A DNA stretch of 64,000 nucleotides, from assembly GCA_963666275.2 (NCBI GenBank), contig CAXXOA010000002.1, positions 1,216,001 through 1,280,000 on the forward strand, read 5' to 3'. Source of the stretch: Oceanispirochaeta sp. (GTDB lineage Bacteria > Spirochaetota > Spirochaetia > DSM-2461). Position 1 is the stretch's first letter, and every line of letters starts with the position of its first letter. The translations under genes were made by a program, and so were the position numbers. Below the pieces are notes generated by a model. It did no database searches. It was not told the origin of the DNA and saw only the letters and a program-made list of their open reading frames with translations. Shown piece by piece: positions 29,540-39,244 of this stretch.

Positions 29540-30646
29540 ATGAAGAAGATGAAACTCCGCGGCCTGTTTACAACTCTTTTTCTGGCGGGAAGTTTTATCA
29601 GCTGCGGGGCCCAGACCTTATCCGCGTTGAATATTGACAATATGTTTACAGACCGGGATGCCAGGCAGATCCCCGACTTCAGCCGGGCCGTTTCTCCGGG
29701 GATCCGACAGGGGGAGGATACTGTGATTTCCTCTGAAGGGATCTATCTTCTCTCCGGCAGGTTTGAAGAGACTTCGATCATCGTCGATGCCGGGAAAGAG
29801 GATAAAGTCCAGCTGATCCTGAACAATCTGTCGATTACAAATCGGGATAAACCGGCTGTGTACATAAAGAGGGCTGACAAAGTTTTTATCACATCCGTAA
29901 ATACCAATATATTCACGGTTTCCGGAGAGATCGGGGATGATGGTGATACCAATCTGGATGCTGTGATATTTTCCCGGGAAGACCTTGTTCTGAACGGAAC
30001 AGGTTCTCTGAATATTACTTCTTCCAGAGAGAACGCCATCACTTCAAAAGATGACCTGAAAATCACAGGAAGCGCTTTGACTGTGAAGTCTGCGAAAGAC
30101 AGCCTGGAAGCCAATGATTCCATAAGAATCTCAGGAGGCGATATCTTCATTGATTCGGGAAAAGACGGCCTTCACAGTGAAAATGAGGATGATCCTGATC
30201 TGGGGTATATCTATATTTCCGGGGGAAATCTGGAAATCCGGGCTGCCGATGATGCCATACAGGGGAACAGTACGGTTCAGATTGACGGAGGAGAAATCCT
30301 CATTACCTCCAGCACCGAAGGAATAGAATCGACCCATGTTCAGATCAACGGGGGAGTGATTGATCTGTATGCCAGTGATGACGGCATAAATGCGGCTTCC
30401 AAAAATGGCAGAACACCCCTGATGGAGATCAACGGGGGAGAGCTGACTGTGGAAGTGGGCCCCGGGGATACGGACGGTTTTGATTCCAACGGAGATCTTA
30501 TTATCCGGGGAGGGACGATCCATGTGACTGCCCCCCGGTCGCCCTTTGACGCGGACGGAGAGGTGGAGTTCCTTGAGGGTAGTGTGTTTGTGAACGGACA
30601 GGCTGTCTCGGAGATCCCCGTACAGAGATGGGGGAGGAGACGGTGA
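29540..30646 (+). CDS. Cthe_2159/DUF4353-like beta-helix carbohydrate-binding lipoprotein
   Basis: Lipobox 'FISC'; repeated 'ISGG.I.I....DG' rungs; 'GDTDGFDSNG'. Confidence 0.88.
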   Translation: MKKMKLRGLFTTLFLAGSFISCGAQTLSALNIDNMFTDRDARQIPDFSRAVSPGIRQGEDTVISSEGIYLLSGRFEETSIIVDAGKEDKVQLILNNLSITNRDKPAVYIKRADKVFITSVNTNIFTVSGEIGDDGDTNLDAVIFSREDLVLNGTGSLNITSSRENAITSKDDLKITGSALTVKSAKDSLEANDSIRISGGDIFIDSGKDGLHSENEDDPDLGYIYISGGNLEIRAADDAIQGNSTVQIDGGEILITSSTEGIESTHVQINGGVIDLYASDDGINAASKNGRTPLMEINGGELTVEVGPGDTDGFDSNGDLIIRGGTIHVTAPRSPFDADGEVEFLEGSVFVNGQAVSEIPVQRWGRRR

Positions 30647-30660
30647 GCCGGGAGAGATTA

Positions 30661-30962
30661 ATGGCAGATGGGACGCGTTTTCAGAGACAGGAGCATAAGT
30701 ACCTGCTGACTCAAGCCCGGAGAGCCGATTTTTTACAGGCTCCGGCTCCCATATTGAAGAGGATCTTTTCAGGGAGTATACTCTCCGGTCCGATCTTGTC
30801 TCTTCGAAAACCACCGGACTGGGAAGCCTGTTTAAACTGGTCTATCATATTGAACTCAGGAAGGACCGCAGCGAGAAAGATTTCATCGATTCCCTGCGGA
30901 TCCGGAACGGAAATCTGGAAATCTCCTCATCTGTCCTGACTGAATCGGCAGATCGTCTGTAA
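30661..30962 (+). pseudogene. Deletion fusion remnant: N-terminus of a VTC-domain protein joined to the C-terminus of a DUF4956 protein
   Basis: 'FQRQEHKYLL' then, in another frame from about 30750, 'EDLFREY...KTTGLGSLFKLVYHIEL...EKDFIDSLRIRNGNLEI' ending at TAA 30960-30962. Confidence 0.7.
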
Positions 30963-30996
30963 CAGGAGCCTTCGCTGACTGGGGGTATCTCCGGGT

Positions 30997-32640
30997 TCAG
31001 GAGCAGCGGTATTTTTTATAAAGCCTGTAATTCTTGAATCCGCCGGAAAGGTTGTAAACACAGGTAAAGCCTTGGTTGATCAGAAGGTTCTGCGCCGCAT
31101 TTCCCGTTACTCCCTTATTGCAGTGGGTAATGGTGGGGCGGGATTTATCCAGAGACACTGATCTCTCCCGTAATTCTGACAGGGGGATACTTTCGGCTCC
31201 TGTGATATGTCCTTTCTGGTAATCCCCGGAGGATCGGACATCTATAATCTGATACTCCGACTCCCTGCCCAGGAGCTCCCCGGGCGTCATAATCTTTCTG
31301 CCATGGTAAATGGCATTACTCAGGATCATACCCGTATACATCACAGGATCCTTTGTGGTGGAGAAAGGAGGCGCATAGGCCAGGTCCAGATGAAAAAGGT
31401 CCTCCACAGAGGCTCCGAAGGTTATGGCTGTAGCAAAGACATCCAGCCTTTTATCAACCCCTCTCTCGCCGATAATCTGAACACCCAGAAGTTTTCCCGT
31501 TTTTCTGTCTGCAACAGCTTTGATGACCATTTCTCTGGATTCGGGAAGGTAGCGGCTCTGATTTTCCTTGATATTATGGATCACTTCCACGCTGTATCCC
31601 GCCGCTTCCGCCTCTCTTCCTGTCATTCCTGTAAACCCGATGTGAAGATCAAAGAACTTAACGATTCCCGTTCCCAGAACTCCCCGAAATTTCAGGTTTC
31701 CCCCGCTGAGGCTTTCTCCGGCAATCCTTCCGGTTTTGTTGGCCGTGGATCCCATGGGTCTGTACAGAGGGGCTCCTGTCGCGGCGGACCAGACTTCCGC
31801 ACAGTCTCCCACGGCCTTGATCTCCGGCCGGGACGTGGTCATTTCCTCATTCACTTTAATGGCCCCTGTGGAACCCAGTTCAAGACCGGCCTCCTCTGCA
31901 AGGGACGTTTCGGGTTTTACCCCCGCCGACAGGATGACAAGGTCTGCTTCATAGCGTTTTCCCGATCGTGTGTGAACACAATGGTCCTCAATTTTGTCAG
32001 CCAGTTCCCCCAGGGAATACTCCAGTCCTCTGCGGCTGAAGTCATCCTCGATCCAGAAACTCATATCATCATCCAGAACGGGCATCAGGGAATTCCTGGC
32101 TTCCAGTATCCTGGTCTGAATCCCCCTCTCCAGGAGGTTTTCCAGAATCTCAAGCCCTATGAATCCAGCTCCGATCACAAGGGCATTTTTAACCTGATGA
32201 TGCGTAAGATAGTATTCCAGGGACAGAGTGTCTTCCATGGTTTTCAAGGTAAATACATGGTCTGACGTGGCCCCTTCGATCGGGGGGATTACGGCCCGGC
32301 TGCCTGTGGCAAGGACCAACTGATCATACGTTTCATTGATGATTCTACCGGTTTCAAGGTCCTTCACTTCCAGGGTTTTTGTCTCCGCCAGGATCTTCAG
32401 GACCTCGTGACCCGTCCGTATATCAATATTGAACCGTTTGGCAAACCACTTGGGGTCCCGCGGTGTCAGATCTTCTGCGGAAATATCCTCCCTGCCAATA
32501 AAGTAGGGCATTCCGCAGGTGGAGTAGGAGATATAGCTGCCCTTTTCGAATATCAGGATCTCCCTCTCTTCATCGTTCCGTCTCAGTTTCGCCGCCGCCG
32601 ATGTTCCCGCAGCAACTCCCCCGATGATTATGGTTTTCAT
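30997..32640 (-). CDS. CoA-disulfide reductase-like FAD oxidoreductase with a C-terminal rhodanese domain
   Basis: 'GGVAAG', 'SYSTCGMPY', 'GAGFIGLE', 'LAYAPPFS', rhodanese 'IIDVR...GHI...HCNKG'. Confidence 0.9.
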   Translation of the reverse strand: MKTIIIGGVAAGTSAAAKLRRNDEEREILIFEKGSYISYSTCGMPYFIGREDISAEDLTPRDPKWFAKRFNIDIRTGHEVLKILAETKTLEVKDLETGRIINETYDQLVLATGSRAVIPPIEGATSDHVFTLKTMEDTLSLEYYLTHHQVKNALVIGAGFIGLEILENLLERGIQTRILEARNSLMPVLDDDMSFWIEDDFSRRGLEYSLGELADKIEDHCVHTRSGKRYEADLVILSAGVKPETSLAEEAGLELGSTGAIKVNEEMTTSRPEIKAVGDCAEVWSAATGAPLYRPMGSTANKTGRIAGESLSGGNLKFRGVLGTGIVKFFDLHIGFTGMTGREAEAAGYSVEVIHNIKENQSRYLPESREMVIKAVADRKTGKLLGVQIIGERGVDKRLDVFATAITFGASVEDLFHLDLAYAPPFSTTKDPVMYTGMILSNAIYHGRKIMTPGELLGRESEYQIIDVRSSGDYQKGHITGAESIPLSELRERSVSLDKSRPTITHCNKGVTGNAAQNLLINQGFTCVYNLSGGFKNYRLYKKYRCS

Positions 32641-32643
32641 ATT

Positions 32644-33693
32644 TTATGCCGTCTCCAGCTGGGGATACTGATTCCGCATCCGCTTTGCTATGGCCACAAG
32701 ACTCAGCATCACAGGGACTTCCACAAGAACCCCCACAACAGTGGCCAGGGTGGCTCCGGAAGAGAGCCCGAAAAGACTTATGGCAACCGCCACAGCCAGT
32801 TCAAAAAAGTTGGAGGCTCCTATCATTCCGGAAGGAGCCGCCACCTGATAGGGAACCTTCCAGAGACGGGACCATCCGAATCCCAGAAAAAAGATAAAAT
32901 AGGTCTGTAGAATCAGGGGGATGGCAATTAAAAGGATCGCCAGAGGGTTCGAGAGGATGATCTCGCCCTGAAAGGAGAAGATGATAACAAGAGTCAGCAG
33001 AAGGCCCGCTTCGGTAATGCCGTCGAACTTTTTGCAGAACACATTTTCGAACCAGTCGGTACCATGACTTTTCAGAAGCAGATTCCGTGTTATCACACCG
33101 GCGGAAAGGGGGATCACCACAAAGAGGATCACCGACATCAGGAGGGTGTCCATGGGAACCTGAACATTGTTGACACCCAGAAGAAAAGCAACGATAGGGG
33201 CGAAAGCTAGGAGGATGATCAGGTCGTTTACAGCCACCTGGACAACTGTATATCCGGGATCCCCGTCTGACAGATAACTCCAGACAAAAACCATGGCCGT
33301 ACAGGGCGCCGCACCCAGGAGGACCGCTCCGGCAATATAATCCGTTGCAACCAGATCCGGGATCAGGGCTCTGAAAACCACTTTCAGGAAAAACCAGGCG
33401 ATCAGGTACATGGTAAAGGGCTTTATCAGCCAGTTCACGATAAGGGTGATAATCAGCCCTTTGGGTCGTTTCCCGGCGTTTACAATGCTCTTGAAATCAA
33501 CCTTCAGCATCATCGGATAGATCATCAGCCAGATAAGTACGGCTACGGGTATGGAAACATTGGCGTACTCCAGCCTTCCCAGAAACTCTGGAAACCGGGG
33601 GAACAGGACGCCAATCGCCACTCCGAGAAAAATGCAGACAGCCACCCAGAGGGACAGATATTTTGCAAAGAAACCGATATGTTTTTCTGACAT
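32644..33693 (-). CDS. acr3: ACR3-family arsenite efflux permease
   Basis: 'LIWLMIYPMM', 'APCTAMVFVWS', 'SNFFELAVA', 'VEVPVML'. Confidence 0.95.
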   Translation of the reverse strand: MSEKHIGFFAKYLSLWVAVCIFLGVAIGVLFPRFPEFLGRLEYANVSIPVAVLIWLMIYPMMLKVDFKSIVNAGKRPKGLIITLIVNWLIKPFTMYLIAWFFLKVVFRALIPDLVATDYIAGAVLLGAAPCTAMVFVWSYLSDGDPGYTVVQVAVNDLIILLAFAPIVAFLLGVNNVQVPMDTLLMSVILFVVIPLSAGVITRNLLLKSHGTDWFENVFCKKFDGITEAGLLLTLVIIFSFQGEIILSNPLAILLIAIPLILQTYFIFFLGFGWSRLWKVPYQVAAPSGMIGASNFFELAVAVAISLFGLSSGATLATVVGVLVEVPVMLSLVAIAKRMRNQYPQLETA

Positions 33694-33727
33694 TGTTTCT
33701 ACTCCGTATAATGTTGTTATTTTGGTA

Positions 33728-33747
33728 ATTTGGCAAAAACGCCAAAT
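33728..33747. promoter_or_regulatory. Probable ArsR operator
   Basis: ATTTGGC-N6-GCCAAAT inverted repeat between divergent acr3 and arsR. Confidence 0.5.
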
Positions 33748-33797
33748 AGTGTCAATATCTTATTGACGGAACCGGTATTTTTCACCACATTCTAACA

Positions 33798-34133
33798 ATG
33801 GAATATGAAAAGCAGAAAAATCTGGCCTCCTCAAGGGCAAAGGTCATGAAAGCCCTGGCCCATCCCACCCGGATCTTTATGGTTGAGCTTCTGGCAAAAC
33901 AGAGCCTTTCGGTCAGTGAACTCACAAAAGCCGTGGGAGCCGATGTCTCCACTGTCTCCAAACACCTGTCTCTTCTGAAGCAGGCCGGTGTCCTTCTGGA
34001 TCAGAAGGAGGGGAACAAGGTCCTCTATTCCCTGATCTGCCCCTGTATCATGGATTTTATCCACTGCATTGATGATATTATCTATCAGGATGCGGAACGG
34101 GGACTTTCCTGTGTTCTCCCGGGTAAATCCTGA
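33798..34133 (+). CDS. arsR: ArsR/SmtB-family repressor
   Basis: 'KALAHPTRI...VSELT...STVSKHLSLLKQAG'; C-terminal cysteines 'CPC..C..C'. Confidence 0.88.
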   Translation: MEYEKQKNLASSRAKVMKALAHPTRIFMVELLAKQSLSVSELTKAVGADVSTVSKHLSLLKQAGVLLDQKEGNKVLYSLICPCIMDFIHCIDDIIYQDAERGLSCVLPGKS

Positions 34134-34373
34134 TTGTCAGGACATCCTCATCTGCTTCCCAAGAGTCATTTTCACAGGGGGATACCATGGTTTACTCCCT
34201 GTACCTGTTTTGTCCAGCAGGAAAATCCAGTTAAAAAAATTAAATAATTGACGGGACAGTCTCATCATTACCGGATTTTTCAATTATAATTATCCAAATG
34301 TTTCAGGTCTTCCTGTCGGGATGGGCCGAGACTTATTTTAAAAAAATATTTTAAGATCGGAGTTTCTTTTCCT

Positions 34374-36236
34374 ATGAAAATTCAATACAAACTCTCTCTG
34401 CCTCTGACGGGCATGATCCTTCTGTTTTTTCTTATTATCCAGATATTTCTGACAGCCAGTCTCAGAGGCTATGAAGAATACATAATCCATCTTGAAGAGG
34501 AAACACTTCTCGAGGGGTATCAGAAGGAGTTGAGATCCGCCACAGAGGTAGCGGTTACTCTTATTCAGGATATATATGAAACACCGGGCCTGGGGAATGA
34601 AGAAAAAATGGAGATCGCCCGGAAGGCCGTGCGGCATCTGAGATTCGGCAAGGACGGCTACTATTACGCTTACAGGGCCGGAAGCGGTGAGAACCTGATT
34701 CATGGTCTGACCCCGGCGAATGAGGGGAAATCTTTCTGGGATCTCCAGTCCCCCGATAAAACCCAGTATATAATCCGTGATCTGGATGCAGCAGCCCGGG
34801 AGGGGTCGCTTTTTGTCACATTCTACTGGTCCAAACCCGGCGAAGAGGAAGGACTGGTTTTTCCCAAACTGGGAACGGCTATGATGGTACCCGGTACGGA
34901 TATCTGGGTGGGAACCGGGGCTTATATCGATGACATTGATTCGGTCATACTCTCCCGGAATACTGAACTTGCTGAGAATACCGACAGGATGCGTCTGCGC
35001 CTCCTTATTATCATGATAGGAGCCGCGGTTATTCTTTTTGCTTTCATTCTGCGTCTTATCCATCGTGTGATTGCGCCGGTTGCGAATCTCAGCAGAGTCG
35101 CCATGGCCTCGGAAGGGACGGATTTCTCTGTAATCCCCCAGGTTACGGAAAGGAAATTCTCCGATGAAATCACAATACTGGAAACCAGTTTCAGGGATCT
35201 CTTTCAGAATTTCAGTTCTGTCATTACGGGCATTCAGAAATCAGCCGGAGACTCTCTGGAATCCAGTGCGCGGATGACGGATGCCATAGCTGATATTCAG
35301 GAATCCCTTATAGAATCGGGAGATTCTTTTCAGGGGATTGCGGCAGCAGAGAAGCAGCTTGCTACAGAAGCGGATCTTAATCTTAAACTCAGTAATGATC
35401 TGAAGGATTTTACGGAGAATACAAAGTCTCTGGCACTGAAACAGACTGAGGAAGTGGAGGATGCCGCCCGTTCCATCGGTTCCATGCAGAGAGAAGTAGA
35501 ATCTGTTGCGTCGGGGATAGAATCCTTCCATTCCATAACCGGAGACCTGGACCAGAATGCCCGGGGAGGGGAGGAGAGCATCGGGCAGGCTGTCCGGAGC
35601 CTTGAAAAAGCGGATCAGGCTGCCGGGACCATTCATGAAGCCATTGCCATGATCAATGATCTGACCGAACAGACCAATATCCTGGCAATCAATGCTTCCA
35701 TTGAAGCCGCCCGGGCGGGAAGTGTGGGAGACGGGTTCGGCGTGGTTGCCAATGAAATCAGAACTCTGGCGGAAAATTCCCGCAGTAATATGGAAGATAT
35801 CTCAGCCCAGCTGAAGGATATTGCCCTTTCCATCAGAGTCAGCCGGGATTATACAAATCAGGCTGACAGTACCTTCCGAAAGATCAGGAAACTCTCTGAT
35901 GAGGTCATTCTGGGGACAGAGCAGATTGCCTCCCATACAAGCAGTATCCGTTCGGTCAGTCAGGATGTGGCCAGGCTTCTGCAGAACCTTATTGACGGTT
36001 CCAGTCAGACCAGCGAGTCATCCCTGAATGCTGTGGAAAAAGTACATGATCTGAGTGAGTCTGCCACGGAGCTCTCCCAGCTGGCTCTGAACCTGCAGAA
36101 GACTCTGGAAGCTGTGGAAAGCCGCTACAGGCTGATACAGGATCAGAGCAGCAGTATCCGGGAGGAATCAGATAGGAACACACGCAAAATGGAAGATCTG
36201 TCCCGGTCCGTGTCCTCCTTTAAAACAGGGGCATGA
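34374..36236 (+). CDS. Methyl-accepting chemotaxis protein with a single Cache sensor domain
   Basis: Two TM helices, 'RFGKDGYY...WVGTGAYIDDI', 'QTNILAINASIEAARAG..G.GFGVVA.EIR.LA'. Confidence 0.92.
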   Translation: MKIQYKLSLPLTGMILLFFLIIQIFLTASLRGYEEYIIHLEEETLLEGYQKELRSATEVAVTLIQDIYETPGLGNEEKMEIARKAVRHLRFGKDGYYYAYRAGSGENLIHGLTPANEGKSFWDLQSPDKTQYIIRDLDAAAREGSLFVTFYWSKPGEEEGLVFPKLGTAMMVPGTDIWVGTGAYIDDIDSVILSRNTELAENTDRMRLRLLIIMIGAAVILFAFILRLIHRVIAPVANLSRVAMASEGTDFSVIPQVTERKFSDEITILETSFRDLFQNFSSVITGIQKSAGDSLESSARMTDAIADIQESLIESGDSFQGIAAAEKQLATEADLNLKLSNDLKDFTENTKSLALKQTEEVEDAARSIGSMQREVESVASGIESFHSITGDLDQNARGGEESIGQAVRSLEKADQAAGTIHEAIAMINDLTEQTNILAINASIEAARAGSVGDGFGVVANEIRTLAENSRSNMEDISAQLKDIALSIRVSRDYTNQADSTFRKIRKLSDEVILGTEQIASHTSSIRSVSQDVARLLQNLIDGSSQTSESSLNAVEKVHDLSESATELSQLALNLQKTLEAVESRYRLIQDQSSSIREESDRNTRKMEDLSRSVSSFKTGA

Positions 36237-36347
36237 CTTAGCCGTCCTTGTTTCTGGCCATGGGGCTCTCCAGGCAGAGCCCCGGCTTTATGCTTAAGTC
36301 AGGTATTTCTTATGTTCATTTTCCCTCCCTTCGACTACATTTAAGTT

Positions 36348-37163
36348 ATGGAATATTTTACAACCAGTCAGTTTATGGATCAGGTGGGCGTCAAATTCAG
36401 TACCCTCCGCTATTTTGAACGGATAGGTCTCCTGAATCCTGAAAAGGACTATGAGAACAACTACAGGCTATACACTGTCAGGGATGCCTTTATTGTCAAC
36501 AAATTCAAACGGCTGCGAGGCATAGGGTTTTCCGCCAAAGAGGCTCTGACCCTTCTTAAAGGGGTCCCTCAGGATGATCACTCCCAGTTCCGGGGGGAGG
36601 AAGCGGAGGAGCTTCTCAGCGTCAGGGAAGAGGAACTGGAGCGGGAGTCGTTTTTCGCTGTAAAGCGACTGGAAGCGATCCGGGAACTCAGGGAGATCCT
36701 TCTCTCCTCTCCGGCGGAACTTGATTTTCAAATCAGAGATCTTCCGGGACTCTATTTTCTACCCGCCTCCTCCGGTAATACATTCGGTTCCTCAAAATAC
36801 AATCAGATCTCCCAATGGATTGATCTGCTCCCCCTGACGATCTACTGCCGCCTGACCGCCTGGGATGATATCGGAAGGGAAGGAGAACCCGACTTCGGCG
36901 TGGCCCTGGAAGAGACCTATATCTTCCTGCTGAAGGGGAAATGGATGCAGGACGCTGTTTCTGTTCCCGGCGGCAAAACCCTGGAGTTCCTATCCTCCAA
37001 TCTGGGGTATCCGAGAATTTCCGCTGATATATTTCACAAGGCCGCATCCTATCTGGATCAGACTCCCTATAAACCGGCGGGACCTGTCTATTTCTACGGT
37101 CTGGATCTGAACCTGGGCAATGCGAGTCTCCAGAAAGTCCGGATCTCTCTGGTAAATAAATAA
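36348..37163 (+). CDS. MerR-family regulator with a C-terminal effector domain
   Basis: 'GVKFSTLRYFERIGLL.P...NNYRLY'. Confidence 0.9.
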   Translation: MEYFTTSQFMDQVGVKFSTLRYFERIGLLNPEKDYENNYRLYTVRDAFIVNKFKRLRGIGFSAKEALTLLKGVPQDDHSQFRGEEAEELLSVREEELERESFFAVKRLEAIRELREILLSSPAELDFQIRDLPGLYFLPASSGNTFGSSKYNQISQWIDLLPLTIYCRLTAWDDIGREGEPDFGVALEETYIFLLKGKWMQDAVSVPGGKTLEFLSSNLGYPRISADIFHKAASYLDQTPYKPAGPVYFYGLDLNLGNASLQKVRISLVNK

Positions 37164-37179
37164 ATTTTTCTCTTATCCC

Positions 37180-37210
37180 TTGACCATGCACAATGTGCAG
37201 TCTTTAAGAT
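37180..37210 (+). promoter_or_regulatory. MerR-type promoter/operator
   Basis: TTGACC-19 bp-TAAGAT with the dyad TGCACA-A-TGTGCA at 37187-37199. Confidence 0.8.
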
Positions 37211-37229
37211 CGATAATTATTTACTGATT

Positions 37230-39125
37230 ATGGAGGATAAGATGATCAATTTCAGGAAGTTGAATCTTCTGAAGGCAATTCTGCCTGTATTTTTTCTGAT
37301 GGCTCTGATAAGCTGCGGCGCTGATAAAGGCCAGACCTATACAGCCGGAACTTATACATCAATTCAGGACGGAAGAAACGGACCTGTGGAAGTCGCGGTT
37401 ACTTTTTCAGATAGCAAAATCAAAGCGATTGAGGTGGTGTCCCATTCCGAGACTCCCGGAATCTCCGATGGAGCGATTGAACGGATACCGGCAAGTATTC
37501 TGGAAGAGCAGTCTCTGGCTGTGGATTCTGTCACCGGAGCTTCCTACACATCCAGGGCCATTCTGGACGCTGTCGCCGATGCTGTAAACCAGGCCGGTGG
37601 CAGTACAGACGTCCTTTCCCAGGCTGTGGAGAAGGAAATCACCACGGAAGAGCTGAACTGTGACATTGTCATAGTCGGAGCCGGAGCGGCGGGCCTTTCT
37701 GCGGGTATCAGCGCCAGCGACAGGGGCGCTCATGTCATTGTCATTGAAAAAGGCGCCAACGGCGGCGTCAGCAACGGTGCCAATGCGGGCGGTCCCATAG
37801 CTGTTGGTACCAGAGTACAGGAAGAGGAAGGAGAAGACCTGACTCTGGAACAGCTTTTTACCCATATGTCTGACTTCGGTCACAGTACCATCAATGACAG
37901 TCTCCTGAAAAAAGTCCTTTCTGTGACAGGGAGAACCATAGATTACTTTCAGGATCTGGGAATGACAGTCTACCTCAGACGGGACAGCTACGGTCTCGGT
38001 TTCAGAGCCCGCCACGGGTTCCGGGAACGGGGTGTGGACAGAGCTCAGTTCCTGCTTGACCGGATTGAAGACAACGGAGGAACCATCCTTTTTGAAACAG
38101 CCGGTGAAAGCCTGATTCAGGACGCTTCGGGTGTTGTTACAGGTATCAATGCTGTAAAACCCGGAGGAGACAAAGTTATCATCCATGCCAAAGCGGTTCT
38201 CCTGGCTACGGGAGGGTATCTGGGTGGCCAGGATATCATTGAAGAGAAATTCGGTGATATCAATATCATTCCTCTGGGTAACACCCTTTCTGTAGGAGAC
38301 GGTATCAATATGGCTCTCTCCGCAGGGGGACGGGAAGACAAAAACTGGGGCATCGTGGCCAATGAATTTTCAGCGGCCAATGCCAAAGCCGGCACCTGGT
38401 CTTTCAACTGTAACCAGAATCTGAGATTCGGTATCTACGGGGGACTCCTTGTGAACAAAGAGGGAAACCGGTTTTTCAACGAAGAGATCATGGCGACAGA
38501 ACCCTTAAGCGGAGCGGAAGCCACACTGAGACAGAAGAAATACTACGCAGTTATGGATGATGCCTACTACCAGTCAGTACAGCAGCAGGGAATCTTCAAA
38601 ACACTGGGCAGCCCTGATGAGTGGATTGCCGGTGTGAGAAACCTCTCCGATGCGGCGCCCGATTCCATAGCCCATAAAAAAGTCCTGGATCAGGCGGGAG
38701 CTCAGCTGGAGGAAGCGGTTTCCCAGGGATGGGCCTTTAAGGCCGATACCATTGAGGAACTGGCAGCCCATTTCGGTCTGACAGACCTGGCATCTACGGT
38801 GGAGGAGTACAATGCCATGTGCGCTGCCGGGAAGGATGAGCAGTTCTATAAGGCCGACTACTTTATGGTACCTGTTTCACAGGCTCCCTACTATGTGTTC
38901 GAATACGAACCGAGCGCCTGGTGTACTCTGGGCGGTGTGGTTGTGGATGACTCTCTGAGAGTTGTCGACGGGGCAGCCGAACCCATTCCCGGTCTCTATG
39001 CAGCCGGTCTGGATGCGGGCAGCCTCTATACGGCTCCCTACTACGATAACGAAGGGGCTGCCTTCGGTATCGCTCTGGGGTCCGGTACCCTGGCGGGTGA
39101 AATTATGGCTGAGGCTGTAAAATAA
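37230..39125 (+). CDS. Lipoprotein FMN-binding plus FAD-dependent (flavocytochrome c-like) extracytoplasmic reductase
   Basis: Lipobox 'LISC'; flavinylation motif 'DSVTGASYTS'; 'GAGAAG', 'LLATGG', 'GLYAAG'. Confidence 0.9.
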   Translation: MEDKMINFRKLNLLKAILPVFFLMALISCGADKGQTYTAGTYTSIQDGRNGPVEVAVTFSDSKIKAIEVVSHSETPGISDGAIERIPASILEEQSLAVDSVTGASYTSRAILDAVADAVNQAGGSTDVLSQAVEKEITTEELNCDIVIVGAGAAGLSAGISASDRGAHVIVIEKGANGGVSNGANAGGPIAVGTRVQEEEGEDLTLEQLFTHMSDFGHSTINDSLLKKVLSVTGRTIDYFQDLGMTVYLRRDSYGLGFRARHGFRERGVDRAQFLLDRIEDNGGTILFETAGESLIQDASGVVTGINAVKPGGDKVIIHAKAVLLATGGYLGGQDIIEEKFGDINIIPLGNTLSVGDGINMALSAGGREDKNWGIVANEFSAANAKAGTWSFNCNQNLRFGIYGGLLVNKEGNRFFNEEIMATEPLSGAEATLRQKKYYAVMDDAYYQSVQQQGIFKTLGSPDEWIAGVRNLSDAAPDSIAHKKVLDQAGAQLEEAVSQGWAFKADTIEELAAHFGLTDLASTVEEYNAMCAAGKDEQFYKADYFMVPVSQAPYYVFEYEPSAWCTLGGVVVDDSLRVVDGAAEPIPGLYAAGLDAGSLYTAPYYDNEGAAFGIALGSGTLAGEIMAEAVK

Positions 39126-39134
39126 CAGAAAAAG

Positions 39135-39163
39135 GAAACAGCCGGGAATGGCCCGGCTGTTTC
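39135..39163. terminator. Terminator hairpin between convergent genes
   Basis: Perfect 12-bp stem GAAACAGCCGGG/CCCGGCTGTTTC. Confidence 0.7.
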
Positions 39164-39244
39164 TAAGTACAAATCAGTTCTGATGTATACAGTTTCTGTT
39201 CAGAAAAAGCTTCACCCTTCTACGAAGAGGGAAGGCAACGGGAG

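Noticed and set aside
30628..30939. 103-aa ORF as a real protein
   Set aside because: Only about 30 residues are VTC-like; the rest is an off-frame read of the DUF4956 remnant
34140..34370. Possible c-di-GMP or other riboswitch before the MCP gene
   Set aside because: Short stems are present but I found no recognisable aptamer consensus
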